Shown here: piece by piece, positions 1 to 11,739 of the stretch
Numbering within the stretch: position 1 is the first letter of the stretch
How the letters are laid out: every line of letters starts with the position of its first letter
Source: Nemertoderma westbladi
Lineage: Eukaryota > Animalia > Xenacoelomorpha
DNA length: 32,618 nt
Assembly: GCA_032718475.1 (NCBI GenBank)
Contig: JAUCBJ010004213.1
Span: 1-32,618 of the forward strand
Reading direction: 5' to 3'
Position numbers and translations under genes: made by a program
Notes under the pieces: generated by a model
What the model saw: only the letters and a program-made list of their open reading frames with translations
The model's database searches: none
What the model was told of the DNA's origin: nothing

Positions 1-91
1 GGTTGAATGGAGCCGGTAGTGTGGATCCTTCCTCAATGTAACACATCCAGAACAAAGACCGGGCAAACTTCCATTCAACATCGGCACAGGC
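1..91 (-). CDS. TRPC: TRPC-like channel, coding exon 7 (partial; TRP box), continues beyond the window
   Basis: Acceptor ttttatAG at 93-92. Phase-0 translation [30 protein letters not shown] contains TRP box 1 (EWKFAR) and box 2 (LPxPFN). Confidence 0.95.
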
Positions 92-199
92 CTATAAAAC
101 AGGGATATAATTTAAATTAATAGGCCTACTGTATAATGAGCATTGTAGCAATACAGGCATTCAAATTGTAATTTTTCCAAATTTATTTTTTCTATTTCA

Positions 200-715
200 T
201 CTAGAGCAGATGTTGATCAAGATTCCAAATATGAAAACCGTTTAGCAAGATCTGTCTTACTTCTTCTGTCTGTCTAAAAAATTTCCTATATGGGTTTTCT
301 TGGTCCATGACTTCATTCCTGATATCAGTAATCAAATTTGGCGTAATCGACAAAATATAATCGACAGCCTGACAGCCAAGCAGACAATTTGGAAGCCATC
401 GAATGTTAACACTGACACTCGAAATGGATTCTGCGACCAGGAAAACCCCGAGAGCAATACCTTTAGCTAGATGGTCTACCCTTTTCTTATATTTGACGGT
501 CAGATTGTCGGATAATCAGAAAGACCGACAGACAGACAAACAGACCAACTAGATTTCATTAAATGTGAAAACTGACGTCAGAAATGAAATCAGCGACCAC
601 GAAAAACCCCCATAGCTAAAATTTTAGGATGGATTTGTGGTTTCGTGTTGCTATATATATATTGACAGACATTCTCACATATTAACAGACAGTTTTTGCG
701 CGGGAAGGTTCAAAC
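200..715. mobile_element. Probable non-autonomous repeat element with internal direct repeats, family unassigned
   Basis: Two similar ~43-bp blocks (about 407-450 and 567-610; ACTGAC...GAAATG...GCGACCA.GAAAACCCC) interleaved with GACA/CTGT microsatellite-like patches. Confidence 0.3.
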
Positions 716-2091
716 TTTAAAGGCAATTATCACGGAATGGTATTTTTTCATTTTTATAACACTACTCCTCGCCATTTTTTAACCAATTTGTAAGTTTTTG
801 GTATCAAATGAAAGCTACTAGTGCGCGCAATAATAAAATTCGAGCAGTTTTTTTAGTTTTGCAATTGTTCATCTGTTACGTATAACATTTTTTACGAAAA
901 AAAACAGTGCTTTTTATTGAAATTTGAAAATTATATTGAAAAATAGCGGTATTTTGCTTGAAAAGTACAAAACAAAAATTCTGCTCGAATTTTTTCACGT
1001 AATCGACCATGCCGATTCCAAAAAAAAAAAAGTTACAACTTCTGAAAATAAAGCATAACAAAGGAGATACATTTTTAAGTGAAAAATAGTAAATTTTGGC
1101 TCTGGCCGCTAAGGGGCGTCAAAAGGATTTTTTTGAAATATTACAATTCAATATAGTCCACCCAAAATGTATCTTACACTTTTTTTCTACTTAATCGCTC
1201 ATTGGAGCAGTATATTTCAAAATGTTGACTTCCAACCCAGTACCCCCCCCCCCCCCCCCCCCCCCCTTAATACATTTTAATAACATCCATCCCCCACCCT
1301 GGAGACAGAGCCGAAGTGCCAGAATGGGCCCCATTGTCTCTCGACCTTTACGAAACCATTCTGATTTCCACGTAGCCGTTTATCATTTGGATTCCTGATA
1401 CGATTTAATAGAATTCTATTGTATAGCTTGGCAGCAACCGAGATCAAAGAGATTTCGCGAAATTATCCAAAGAGTGTTTGTTATGTTGGCATACTTGGGA
1501 ACTGGCACCAACTTATTAAAAAACGAATATCTTAATTATGTACGGGTCTATTGTGATGTGGGGGAGTGATCTGCAGCCCTAGATGCAAGGGCCTAATACA
1601 GAATACAGAATACATCCTGCTCAGTCTTGTACAGAACAGAACAGAATATGGTCTATCTGGCATCTGGGATGTATGACCACTGGGTTCATTCAGTATTAGT
1701 TCATAGCGTTCCAGTTACTGGGTTCTAGCCGAAGACAATCCATTTCCAGAGAAATAAATGGAATGGACACTCCAGAGAGTGACCTTCGGGCAAGACGCTT
1801 TAGACGTTAGTGCTTACGGAAATAATTGGCCATCAATAGGCCTACCTACCCATCCCGCCACTTCATTATCTCCATATATTAATTAATTATTGTTTACGTT
1901 TAGTTTGATCTGCACCGCACCCAACAGATATTATGTAATCGGCCTCAACTTGACCCAAACTCTGCACTTTGCAGGTCTCTTTGTGTTGTGCAGGAATCTA
2001 TTCTATTGGGTAATTAGAGCGACAGTTCATTATAACGACCTTCCTAATCTATAGATTAGGAAGGAATCCTGAATAATATCCAATTACTAAC

Positions 2092-2290
2092 CTCAATAGC
2101 TCCATAGGAGGTCGTAAGCATTGAAACGAGCATTCTTAAAAGAACAATAACCGCTGTTATGTAATAGAAAGCGTACATCACTTCCAGTATGATATCGGTA
2201 GTTGAAGCCAAGTTGTTGAAATCAGCTTGTATTTTGTACAAAGATTGGTTAAATAAGGCCCAAAATAGTGATCGAACAGTGGACATCAAA
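2092..2290 (-). CDS. TRPC: TRPC-like channel, coding exon 6 (pore helix, filter, S6)
   Basis: Acceptor tttttcAG at 2292-2291, donor GTTAGT at 2091. Encodes (T)LMSTVRSLFWALFNQ...VIVLLRMLVSMLTTSYGAIE. Phase 2 in and phase 0 out match both neighbours. Confidence 0.95.
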
Positions 2291-2711
2291 CTGAAAAATA
2301 TCGTAATGTGAAAGAAAACACGAGATAGTGTAGTATCAACAAGTTTTATGGTACTAGAAATTATGTAAGAGAGTTTGTAACAATATTATAAAGTCTTAGG
2401 AGTTGTAAGACCTTCTTGTAAGACACTTGTAAGTACCCCCGCCCCCACACATCCATCATTGCCCGATGAAATTATATCCAAGCAGGACGCAATGCTGAAA
2501 GGATTTTAGCGAAAATTGCTGAAATCTAAAATCACAGATATGAAACAAATTTTCACACGTAATTTTGATTATTTTAGTTTTAATCACTTGCATTTGTTTT
2601 GTCAAACATCATGCAATTATTACATTATTTTTTATTGCAGCAAATAGTTGTGATAATAGACCTGAGTTCATTCCATTTCAATTGTCGTTCCATACGAATG
2701 TCAGGGGTTAT

Positions 2712-5700
2712 CTACGGAAACAAACACCTACAGAAACAACCACCTACTGAAACAACCACCTACTGAAACAACCACCTACTGAAACAACCACCTACTGAAA
2801 CAACCACCTACGGAAACAACCACCTACTGAAACAACCACCTACTGAAACAACCACCCACTGAAACAAACACCTACTGAAACAAAAAACCCACTGAAACAA
2901 CCACCTACTAAAACAACCAACCACCTACTGAAACAACCACCTACTGAGACAACCTCCTACTGAAACAACCACCTACTGAAACAACCACCTACTGAAACAA
3001 CCACCCACTGAAACAAACACCTACTGAAACAAAAAACCCACTGAAACAACCACCTACTGAAACAACCACCTACTGAAACAACCACCTACTGAAACAACCA
3101 CCCACTGAAACAAACACCTACTGAAACAAAAAACCCACTGAAACAACCACCTACTAAAACAACCAACCACCTACTGAAACAACCACCTACTGAGACAACC
3201 TCCTACTGAAACAACCACCTACTGAAACAACCACCTACTGAAACAACCACCCACTGAAACAAACACCTACTGAAACAAAAAACCCACTGAAACAACCACC
3301 TACTGAAACAACCACCTACTGAAACAACCACCATTGAAACAACCACCTACTGAAACAACCACCTACTAAAACAACCAACCACCTACTGAAACAACCACCT
3401 ACTGAGACAACCTCCCACTGAAACAACCACCTATTGAAACAAAGACCTACTGAAACAACCACCCACTGAAACAAATATCTACTGAAACATCCACCCACTG
3501 AAACAAACACCTACTGAAACAACCACATACTGAAACAACCACCTACTGAAACAACCCCCCACTGAAACAACCACCTATTGAAACCAACACCTACTGAAAC
3601 AACCACATACTGAAACAACCACCTACTGAAACAACCACCTACTGAAACAACCACATACTGAAACAACCACCTACTGAAACAACCCCCCACTGAAACAACC
3701 ACCTATTGAAACAAACACCTACTGAAACAACCACATACTGAAACAACCCACCTACTGAAACAACCACCTACTGAAACAACCACATACTGAAACATCCACC
3801 TACTGAAACAACCACATACTGAAACAACCACCTACTGAAACAACCACCCACTGAAACAAACACCTACTGAAACAAAAAACCCACTGAAACAACCACCTAC
3901 TGAAACAACCACCATTGAAACAACCACCTACTGAAACAACCACCTACTAAAACAACCAACCACCTACTGAAACAACCACCTACGGAAACAACCACCTACT
4001 GAAACAACCACCTACTGAAACAACCACCTACTGAAACAACCACCTACTGAAACAACCACCTACTGAAACAACCACCTACTGAAACAACCACCCACTGAAA
4101 CAAACACCTACTGAAACAAAAAACCCACTGAAACAACCACCTACTGAAACAACCACCTACTGAAACAACCACCATTGAAACAACCACCTACTGAAACAAC
4201 CACCTACTAAAACAACCAACCACCTACTGAAACAACCACCTACTGAGACAACCTCCCACTGAAACAACCACCTATTGAAACAAAGACCTACTGAAACAAC
4301 CACCCACTGAAACAAATACCTACTGAAACATCCACCCACTGAAACAAACACCTACTGAAACAACCACATACTGAAACAACCACCTACTGAAACAACCCCC
4401 CACTGAAACAACCACCTATTGAAACCAACACCTACTGAAACAACCACATACTGAAACAACCACCTACTGAAACAACCACCTACTGAAACAACCACATACT
4501 GAAACAACCACCTACTGAAACAACCCCCCACTGAAACAACCACCTATTGAAACAAACACCTACTGAAACAACCACATACTGAAACAACCACCTACTGAAA
4601 CAACCACCTACTGAAACAACCACATACTGAAACATCCACCTACTGAAACAACCACATACTGAAACAACCACCTACTGAAACAAACACCTACTGAAACAAC
4701 CACCCACTGAAACAAACACCGACTGAAACATCTACCCACTGAAACAAACACCTACTGAAACAACCACATACTGAAACAACCACCTACTGAAACAACCTCC
4801 TACTGAAACAACCACCTACTGAAACAACCACCTACTGAAACAAACACCTACTGAAACAACCACCCACTGAAACAACCACCTACTGAAACAACCACCTACT
4901 GAAACAACCACATACTGAAACAACCACCTACTGAAACAACCACCTACTGAAACAACCACCTACTGAAACAACCACCTACTGAAACAACCTCCTACTGAAA
5001 CAACCACCCACTGAAACAAACACCTACTGAAACAACCTCCTACTGAAACAACCACCTACTGAAACAACCACCTACTGAAACAAAAAACCCACTGAAACAA
5101 CCACCTACTTAAACAACCACCTACTGAAACAACCACCTACTGAAACAACCACCTACTGAAACAACCACCTACTGAAACAACCTCCTACTGAAACAACCAC
5201 CCACTGAAACAAACACCTACTGAAACAACCACCCACTGAAACAACCACCTACTGAAACAACCACCTACTGAAACAACCACCCACTGAAACAACCACCTAC
5301 TGAAACAACCACCTACTGAAACAACCACCTACTGAAACAACCTCCTACTGAAACAACCACCCACTGAAACAAACACCTACTGAAACAACCACCCACTGAA
5401 ACAACCACCTACTGAAACAACCACCTACTGAAACAACCACCTACTGAAACAACCACCTACTGAAACAACCACCTACTGAAACAACCACCTACTGAAACAA
5501 CCACCTACTGAAACAACCACCTACTGAAACAACCTCCTACTGAAACAACCACCCACTGAAACAAACACCTACTGAAACAACCACCCACTGAAACAACCAC
5601 CTACTGAAACAACCACCTACTGAAACAACCACCCACTGAAACAACCACCTACTGAAACAACCACCTACTGAAACAACCACCTACTGAAACAACCACCTAC

Positions 5701-6981
5701 TGAAACAAACACCTACTGAAACAACCACCCACTGAAACAACCACCTACTGAAACAACCACCTACTGAAACAACCTCCTACTGAAACAACCACCTACTGAA
5801 ACAACCACCTACTGAAACAAAAAACCCACTGAAACAACCACCTACTTAAACAACCACCTACTGAAACAAACACCTACTGAAACAACCTCCTACTGAAACA
5901 ACCACCTACTGAAACAACCACCTACTGAAACAACCACCTACTGAAACAAAAAACCCACTGAAACAACCACCTACTTAAACAACCACCTACTGAAACAAAC
6001 ACCTACTGAAACAACCTCCTACTGAAACAACCACCTACTGAAACAACCACCTACTGAAACAACCTCCTACTGAAACAACCACCCACTGAAACAAACACCT
6101 ACTGAAACAACCACCCACTGAAACAACCACCTCCTGAAACAACCACCTACTGAAACAACCACCCACTGAAACAACCACCTACTGAAACAACCACCTACTG
6201 AAACAACCACCTACTGAAACAACCACCTACTGAAACAACCACCTACTGAAACAACCACCCACTGAAACAACCACCTACTGAAACAACCACCTACTGAAAC
6301 AACCACCCACTGAAGCAACCACCTACTGAAACAACCACCTACTGAAATAACCACCTACTGAAACAACCACCCACTGAAACATCCACCTACTGAAACAACC
6401 ACCTACTGAAACAACCACCTACTGAAACAACCACCTACTGAAACAACCACCCACTGAAACAACCACCTACTGAAACAACCACCTACTGAAACAACCACCC
6501 ACTGAAGCAACCACCTACTGAAACAACCACCTACTGAAACAACCACCTACTGAAACAACCACCCACTGAAGCAACCACCTACTGAAACAACCACCTACTG
6601 AAATAACCACCTACTGAAACAACAGCCTACTGAAACAACCACATACTGAAATAACCACCTACTGAAACAACCACCCACTGAAACATCCACCTACTGAAAC
6701 AACCACCTACTGAAACAACCACCTACTGAAACAACCACCTACTGAAACAACCACCCACTGAAACAACCACCTACTGAAACAACCACCTACTGAAACAACC
6801 ACCCACTGAAGCAACCACCTACTGAAACAACCACCTACTGAAACAACCTCCTACTGAAACAACCACATACTGAAACAACCACCTACTGAAACAACCACCC
6901 ACTGAAACAACCACCCACTGAAACAACCACCTACTGAAACAACCACCTACTGAAACAACCACCTACTGAAACAAACACATA
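2712..6981. repeat. 16-bp tandem satellite, consensus ACTGAAACAACCACCT, roughly 265 copies
   Basis: Directly visible head-to-tail array with 17-bp and 20-bp variant units. Fills about 88% of the intron 2291-7128. Confidence 0.98.
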
Positions 6982-7128
6982 ACTTTAGTATATTGTTTTA
7001 GTTAGAATAAAATGCCTCACCTCTATAACCTTCCATTTGTTAATTAATTTAAATGTTTTAATGATAACATTTACTAAACATACACTTTGTTATATATTTT
7101 GCGTACAGCTGAATAAATATTAACTAAC

Positions 7129-7318
7129 GTGTCAAATGGATGTTCATCGTCCGTACAGTAACTCTGCCCAGCTTGTCCGGGGTTGATCTTACATTTAACC
7201 ATGTAGAGAAAATGTAGCTGATGTAGACCACAGGTGAACGACACCAATACAAGGAAGAATATTATAAAGAACTTTATTACATCCCCAACCATACGAGCTA
7301 AGGAGATTTGTAGCGGCC
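7129..7318 (-). CDS. TRPC: TRPC-like channel, coding exon 5 (S4-S5 linker, S5, turret)
   Basis: Acceptor ctaaacAG at 7320-7319, donor GTTAGT at 7128. Encodes GPLQISLARMVGDVIKFFIIF...CTDDEHPFD, matching the TRPC signature LGPLQISLGRM. Phase 1 in, phase 2 out. Confidence 0.95.
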
Positions 7319-7924
7319 CTGTTTAGATATAAATTAATAATAATTTGTCAATTTATGCGTGACTTATTTCTATTTTGTTATATTTATTTATCTGTATATT
7401 GTAAGTTTGCATAAAGATTATAAAAACTTATGTCAAATTTTCCAAATAAAATGAAAAAAATATTGCAACCACACCAACGCAGCACCTCCAGTTCCCAATC
7501 ATATTCTAAATTCCCAATTCATTTACATTATTTTCACATTTCTTATCTCCATTAACGAAATTCCATGAACAGTATTATCTATTCTACGACAGCAGTGGCA
7601 GGAATGATTCATCCGTCGCACCAACAGGATGGAGCTGGGTTTTAGCACTAAGATGTTGCTGAGGTTATACATTTTAGAATGCATTTTCATTGTAAACATA
7701 GAGCATAGATACATAAGATTCATAAGCATGGGTGACAAAAAAACATCCCTCTTTTTCATTTATAATAGCTACATCTCCCTGAAATTGTTTTTAACTTTTT
7801 AAAAAGATTTTTTGTATAAATTCGTCAATTTATTGGAATTTTTCATATAACCTTTTCTAACTAAAAATGGTGCATTAAAAATATCAATAACATTCCGAAT
7901 TCAAATACGTAAGTAGACCATTAC

Positions 7925-8100
7925 CTATTTGTTGACTGAGAGTTGATAACACAATAAGACGCATGAAACTGAATATATTTGCTATGGCGAATAGACCTTC
8001 TGAAAGGAAGAGCACTTCAGTTGAGCCCCAGCTCTCCTGATTCGGTTGTAATTCTGGGTTAGCATTCTCTTCGTTGAAATACATAATGTAGGCAGCAATT
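7925..8100 (-). CDS. TRPC: TRPC-like channel, coding exon 4 (end of S3, S3-S4 loop, S4)
   Basis: Acceptor tctttctAG at 8102-8101, donor GTAATG at 7924. Encodes IAAYIMYF...LSEGLFAIANIFSFMRLI, matching TRPC EGLFAIANIFSxLRL. Phase 2 in, phase 1 out. Confidence 0.95.
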
Positions 8101-8132
8101 CTAGAAAGATACGTTAGCGTCAGTTAACGTCA

Positions 8133-8323
8133 ATATATGGGGGGGGGGGGGGGGGGGGGGGTGGGTCTGGACCAAAATACAATCTCGGCAAATTAATCAC
8201 CTCAATGTTAAATTATCAATTTTGGGTAAGGAGCAGCGTACAGTGGCACGCTATTTGAGTCGATTTACCCTGGAGAGAGATGAATTTTGATAGCGTCCAC
8301 CCCCCCCCCCCCCTCCCATCTGC
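8133..8323. mobile_element. Small MITE family A, copy 1 (internally deleted)
   Basis: Shares the core CAATGTTAAATTATCAATT...AGTGGCACG and the end ...ATCTGCA with the copies at 8340, 15445 and 28265. G-run and C-run termini are inverted. Confidence 0.6.
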
Positions 8324-8339
8324 AATATATTGATCAATG

Positions 8340-8561
8340 TAACAACAAAATTTCATCTCGGCGTATTAATATCTTGTCCCAATGTTAAATTATCAATTGA
8401 GGGAAAAGAACAGGTTACAGTAGCACGCTATTCTAACCAAAACAATAAACGAAAGTGACAGAAAGTTGTATTTCTGCGAGTAAACAACTGTTGTTATTTG
8501 CGTCGATTTTCCACTGGAGTAGGATGCATTTCGATCGCGTCGAAAGTCAGCCATATCTGCA
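8340..8561. mobile_element. Small MITE family A, copy 2 (tandem to copy 1)
   Basis: Core CAATGTTAAATTATCAATT...GCACGCTATTCTAACCAAAACAATAAAC; ends ATATCTGCA. Confidence 0.6.
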
Positions 8562-8589
8562 AGAAAGGTGGTAATAATCCACTACTTAC

Positions 8590-9581
8590 CGGAGGGAGAT
8601 GGTAGTGCAATAGAGAAATATCATGCAGGCATCGATTCTATTCCAGAGATCGTTAAAATACTGGCCGAAACCCTGACTCATTTGTTTCAGCTCATTCCAC
8701 AGTAGGCCTGTCACCCAGAACAAAATGAACCACTCGATAAAACTGGGTGCCTGAAGAACGAGTTTCCATTTGGTCCCACTTGTTGTCTCGACAGGTTTTT
8801 TATGAAATGACCTATGATCGCTTGTAGTCGCGGCCGTCACTAAAAACACTAGAAACATGATCTGAGAAGCCGCGTGCATAATGAACTTAATCAAAGGTAT
8901 ACGAACTATCTCAGAAATACAGGCGCGCCGCATCTTTAAATTAGGAAACACTAGATAGAGAAATGCGATTACTGGAGTACAGAAAATGGCAAATGTCATA
9001 AGTAGGGGCAGTATTCCCCATTTAATTACAACGTTGGTGTATCGCCACTGCTGGACTATGGTGGCCGTTGCCCCGTACCAAATGGGCGATAAAACCAACT
9101 GAAAATTAGGACTAGCAACAAATTGCTTGCGCTCGCTTTCCAAGGCAAAAGCGATAGTTTCCAAATGTCTACCGGTGGGACCCTTGATTAAAATGATCTC
9201 CAACTCGTTTGGATGGCAGAGATTCAGCAAGTCGGTGGCGAAGTTATCGAGAGTTTGTGCCAAGGCGCGGTATTCCACGTGGAACTCGTAATAAACGGCG
9301 GCGAGTTTCGATGTTTCTGTGGCGAGTTCCAAGGCCGTCATTATGGAGTTGTTGGGGCTGGTGCGGAGGATGTAGGCGGTGCTGGAGATAGCGCGGTAGG
9401 AGTTGAGGATGGCGTGGGACGAAGTTATGTCGTGGTCGTAAGTTTGGATGCGTTTGATTGGGGTGGCGCCGTTTTTGAAGAGGATGTTGATGATGTCGTA
9501 GTTGTTTCGGTGACAACTTAGCATCAATGGGGTTAGACCCGGCGCGAACTGGCCAGTTTCCGAACTACAATTCACCTTTCT
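8590..9581 (-). CDS. TRPC: TRPC-like channel, coding exon 3 (ankyrin repeat 4, linker helices, pre-S1, S1-S3)
   Basis: Acceptor attttacAG at 9583-9582, donor GTAAGT at 8589; 992 nt open. Motifs FAPGLTPLMLSCHRNNYDII (ANK4), YRAISS, KQFVASPNFQ, WYG, PLIKFIMHAAS, WNRID. Confidence 0.95.
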
Positions 9582-10189
9582 CTGTAAAATAATATTGATA
9601 TTAATGTATTTTACTTAAAAACATATTTAATATTTATAATCATGAATAAACTAAAATTGTGACAACATTTATTTTAAGGTAAATAAACATTTATTCTTTA
9701 ATGACAAATAATACTAAAAAATTACAAATTATGTTAAAGTATAATAAAATGTTGTCTATATTCACCAATTCCTCTGAAATAGGTTCAACTTTAAAAAAAA
9801 TACTGTATTAATGATATTTCATGAAGTTCATAACATTAGTAACCCAATTCTGGCATCAACCCCACAGTTTGAAAACAGAGGTTGAAGCTGAAGGCATTAA
9901 AGTCTTAGAAGGAATGTAACCAGCCCTTTCCAAATCACTCTTCAACTTTCCAAATTCCTACGATTTATTTTTGCGACTTTGTGTATTTTTCACATTAGAT
10001 TGCTTTATGTTGGTGCGTAAACCATAAATTAATGAAACATTCTGAATTGAGATGTCTAACATTTTTATTAATAATATAATTTTATATAGTTAAGGGGTAT
10101 ATATCTATGTTATATACCTAATATAATAAATAATATTCTATGTTATGCAGTTGCTTGAAAGTCTCATTCTCAGTCAATACAAGGTTGTT

Positions 10190-10350
10190 GAGCGAGTCAA
10201 AACTGCGAGCCTTCAGCGAACTATTATAAGTATACTATGGCCGTTTTCTAAAAGTATTTGTGTGAGTGTGTAAGTGTGTGAGTCGGAAACCAAGATATAA
10301 CTAGCCATAGTATAATTCTAATTGCTCGCAAGATGGCTTACAGCTTTTGC
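10190..10350. repeat. Decayed inverted repeat with ~50-bp arms, possible old MITE
   Basis: CAAAACTGCGAGCC...TATACTATGGC is mirrored by GCCATAGTATA...GGCTTACAGCTTTTG. Confidence 0.4.
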
Positions 10351-10479
10351 GGTCCCACTCGTGTACAATGACTCGTTTGTTTAAGTGATTTAGGTCATTG
10401 TATATTCATCATTACCGGACTAAACGCCTCCGGAGGCTATAATTAAAATGGTAGGAGTAATAGTAGTATATATATGTGC

Positions 10480-10797
10480 ACCGTGTACAGCAGGTAAAAA
10501 CTGGTCGAACAATCTGAAATCAAATCAAATATCATTAAACAGATTTAGTGAAAAGCATATAACATGAATTATATATTGACAATTACAATTGACAAATGAC
10601 ATTGCCGTCACTTTTCGGTTACATAATAAATATATACCAAGTGAAACATAATAAAAGTATAGTATTTAGGTATTTAGGTTTTAAAAAATTTAGGCTTAGA
10701 ATTATCGCCTTGAAATTTGTACCGCCATAACAGCGCTACCGTGTACAGCAGGTAAAAAACTGGTCGAGCAATCTAAAATCAAAATAAAATATCATTG
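10480..10797. repeat. Direct repeat pair of about 57 bp (about 10480-10537 and 10738-10797)
   Basis: ACCGTGTACAGCAGGTAAAAA(A)CTGGTCGA.CAATCT.AAATCAAA...ATATCATT occurs twice. Confidence 0.8.
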
Positions 10798-11739
10798 AGC
10801 TCATTATGCTGGGTACAGGGTGCGCAACGATGCCTATGATAATATATATTAATTCATACAACAAACCAATCAAGGCAATTATACACCAAATTACTGATAT
10901 GTGGAATCCGTCAGGTGACAGAAATTGTTAAGTATTTCAAAACCCAAAAAGTGCAATTAGATGTAAACGCTTAACTGTCTAGAGTTTGAAGACTAATTGG
11001 GATATTTCAAACCCACTTCGGCTTGATTTAAATACTAATAAACCGGAATAAAATGTTGTTTCACCAGATAGATCGAAATTATCCGCCGGATTTTGATAAT
11101 TAAAATAAAAATAAGAAAAATATGTAAGACGCCAGGCGTTAGTAGTATTGGCGTTGAACATGGATGAGTCTCTACGTTAGTAATTTTAGAGTAAAATTAC
11201 GATCGCCGCGATGTAACAAGTTTATAATAGTAAATACATACTGTATATCTTGACTGCCGGCAGAAACAGCTCTTTATCCTTTCAGTTACAAACTGACTTT
11301 ACTGTGATCAAAACGCGTAGAGTGTTCTTTACATAATCATACGCAGTAAAGTGTTACTTTACCAGGATGTTTATACACAGACGCAACAATCGAACTACTT
11401 AGAAAAAAAAAATTAAAAAGATCAGTCGCTGTTTATTATAAAAAATATCAATGAGTAGCTTAATAGCATGTTGCGTTATTGATGAATGTTTTAACAAGAC
11501 TTGTGAAAAAAAAAGAGAGAACCGCGGCAGAGAGCGGAATATATGGGGTAAAGAATGATTCAATACTAAATAAGAAATATAATACGATAGAATAATATAG
11601 AAGGAAAAAATATAAACATTAGATTAATAATATTGGAGGTCGGGTGTTACCTGCACTGGAACTATATACAGAAAATAATGTGGTTGTAGATTGTATAGGA
11701 CAACATAGGCCTATGGAAATGGATAATTCGGTACTGGAA

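Noticed and set aside
717-1270. TTAA-flanked Kolobok/piggyBac-type element
   Set aside because: Both ends have TTAA but I could not match terminal inverted repeats.
3316-4671. Short hydrophobic ORFs (VVSVGGCFSRWLFQ) as membrane peptides
   Set aside because: These are translations of the 16-bp satellite where variants remove the stop; no evidence of coding function.
9209-9521. Overlapping ORFs at 9209-9391, 9213-9521 and 9244-9516
   Set aside because: Antisense or alternative-frame shadows of a GC-rich part of the TRPC exon.
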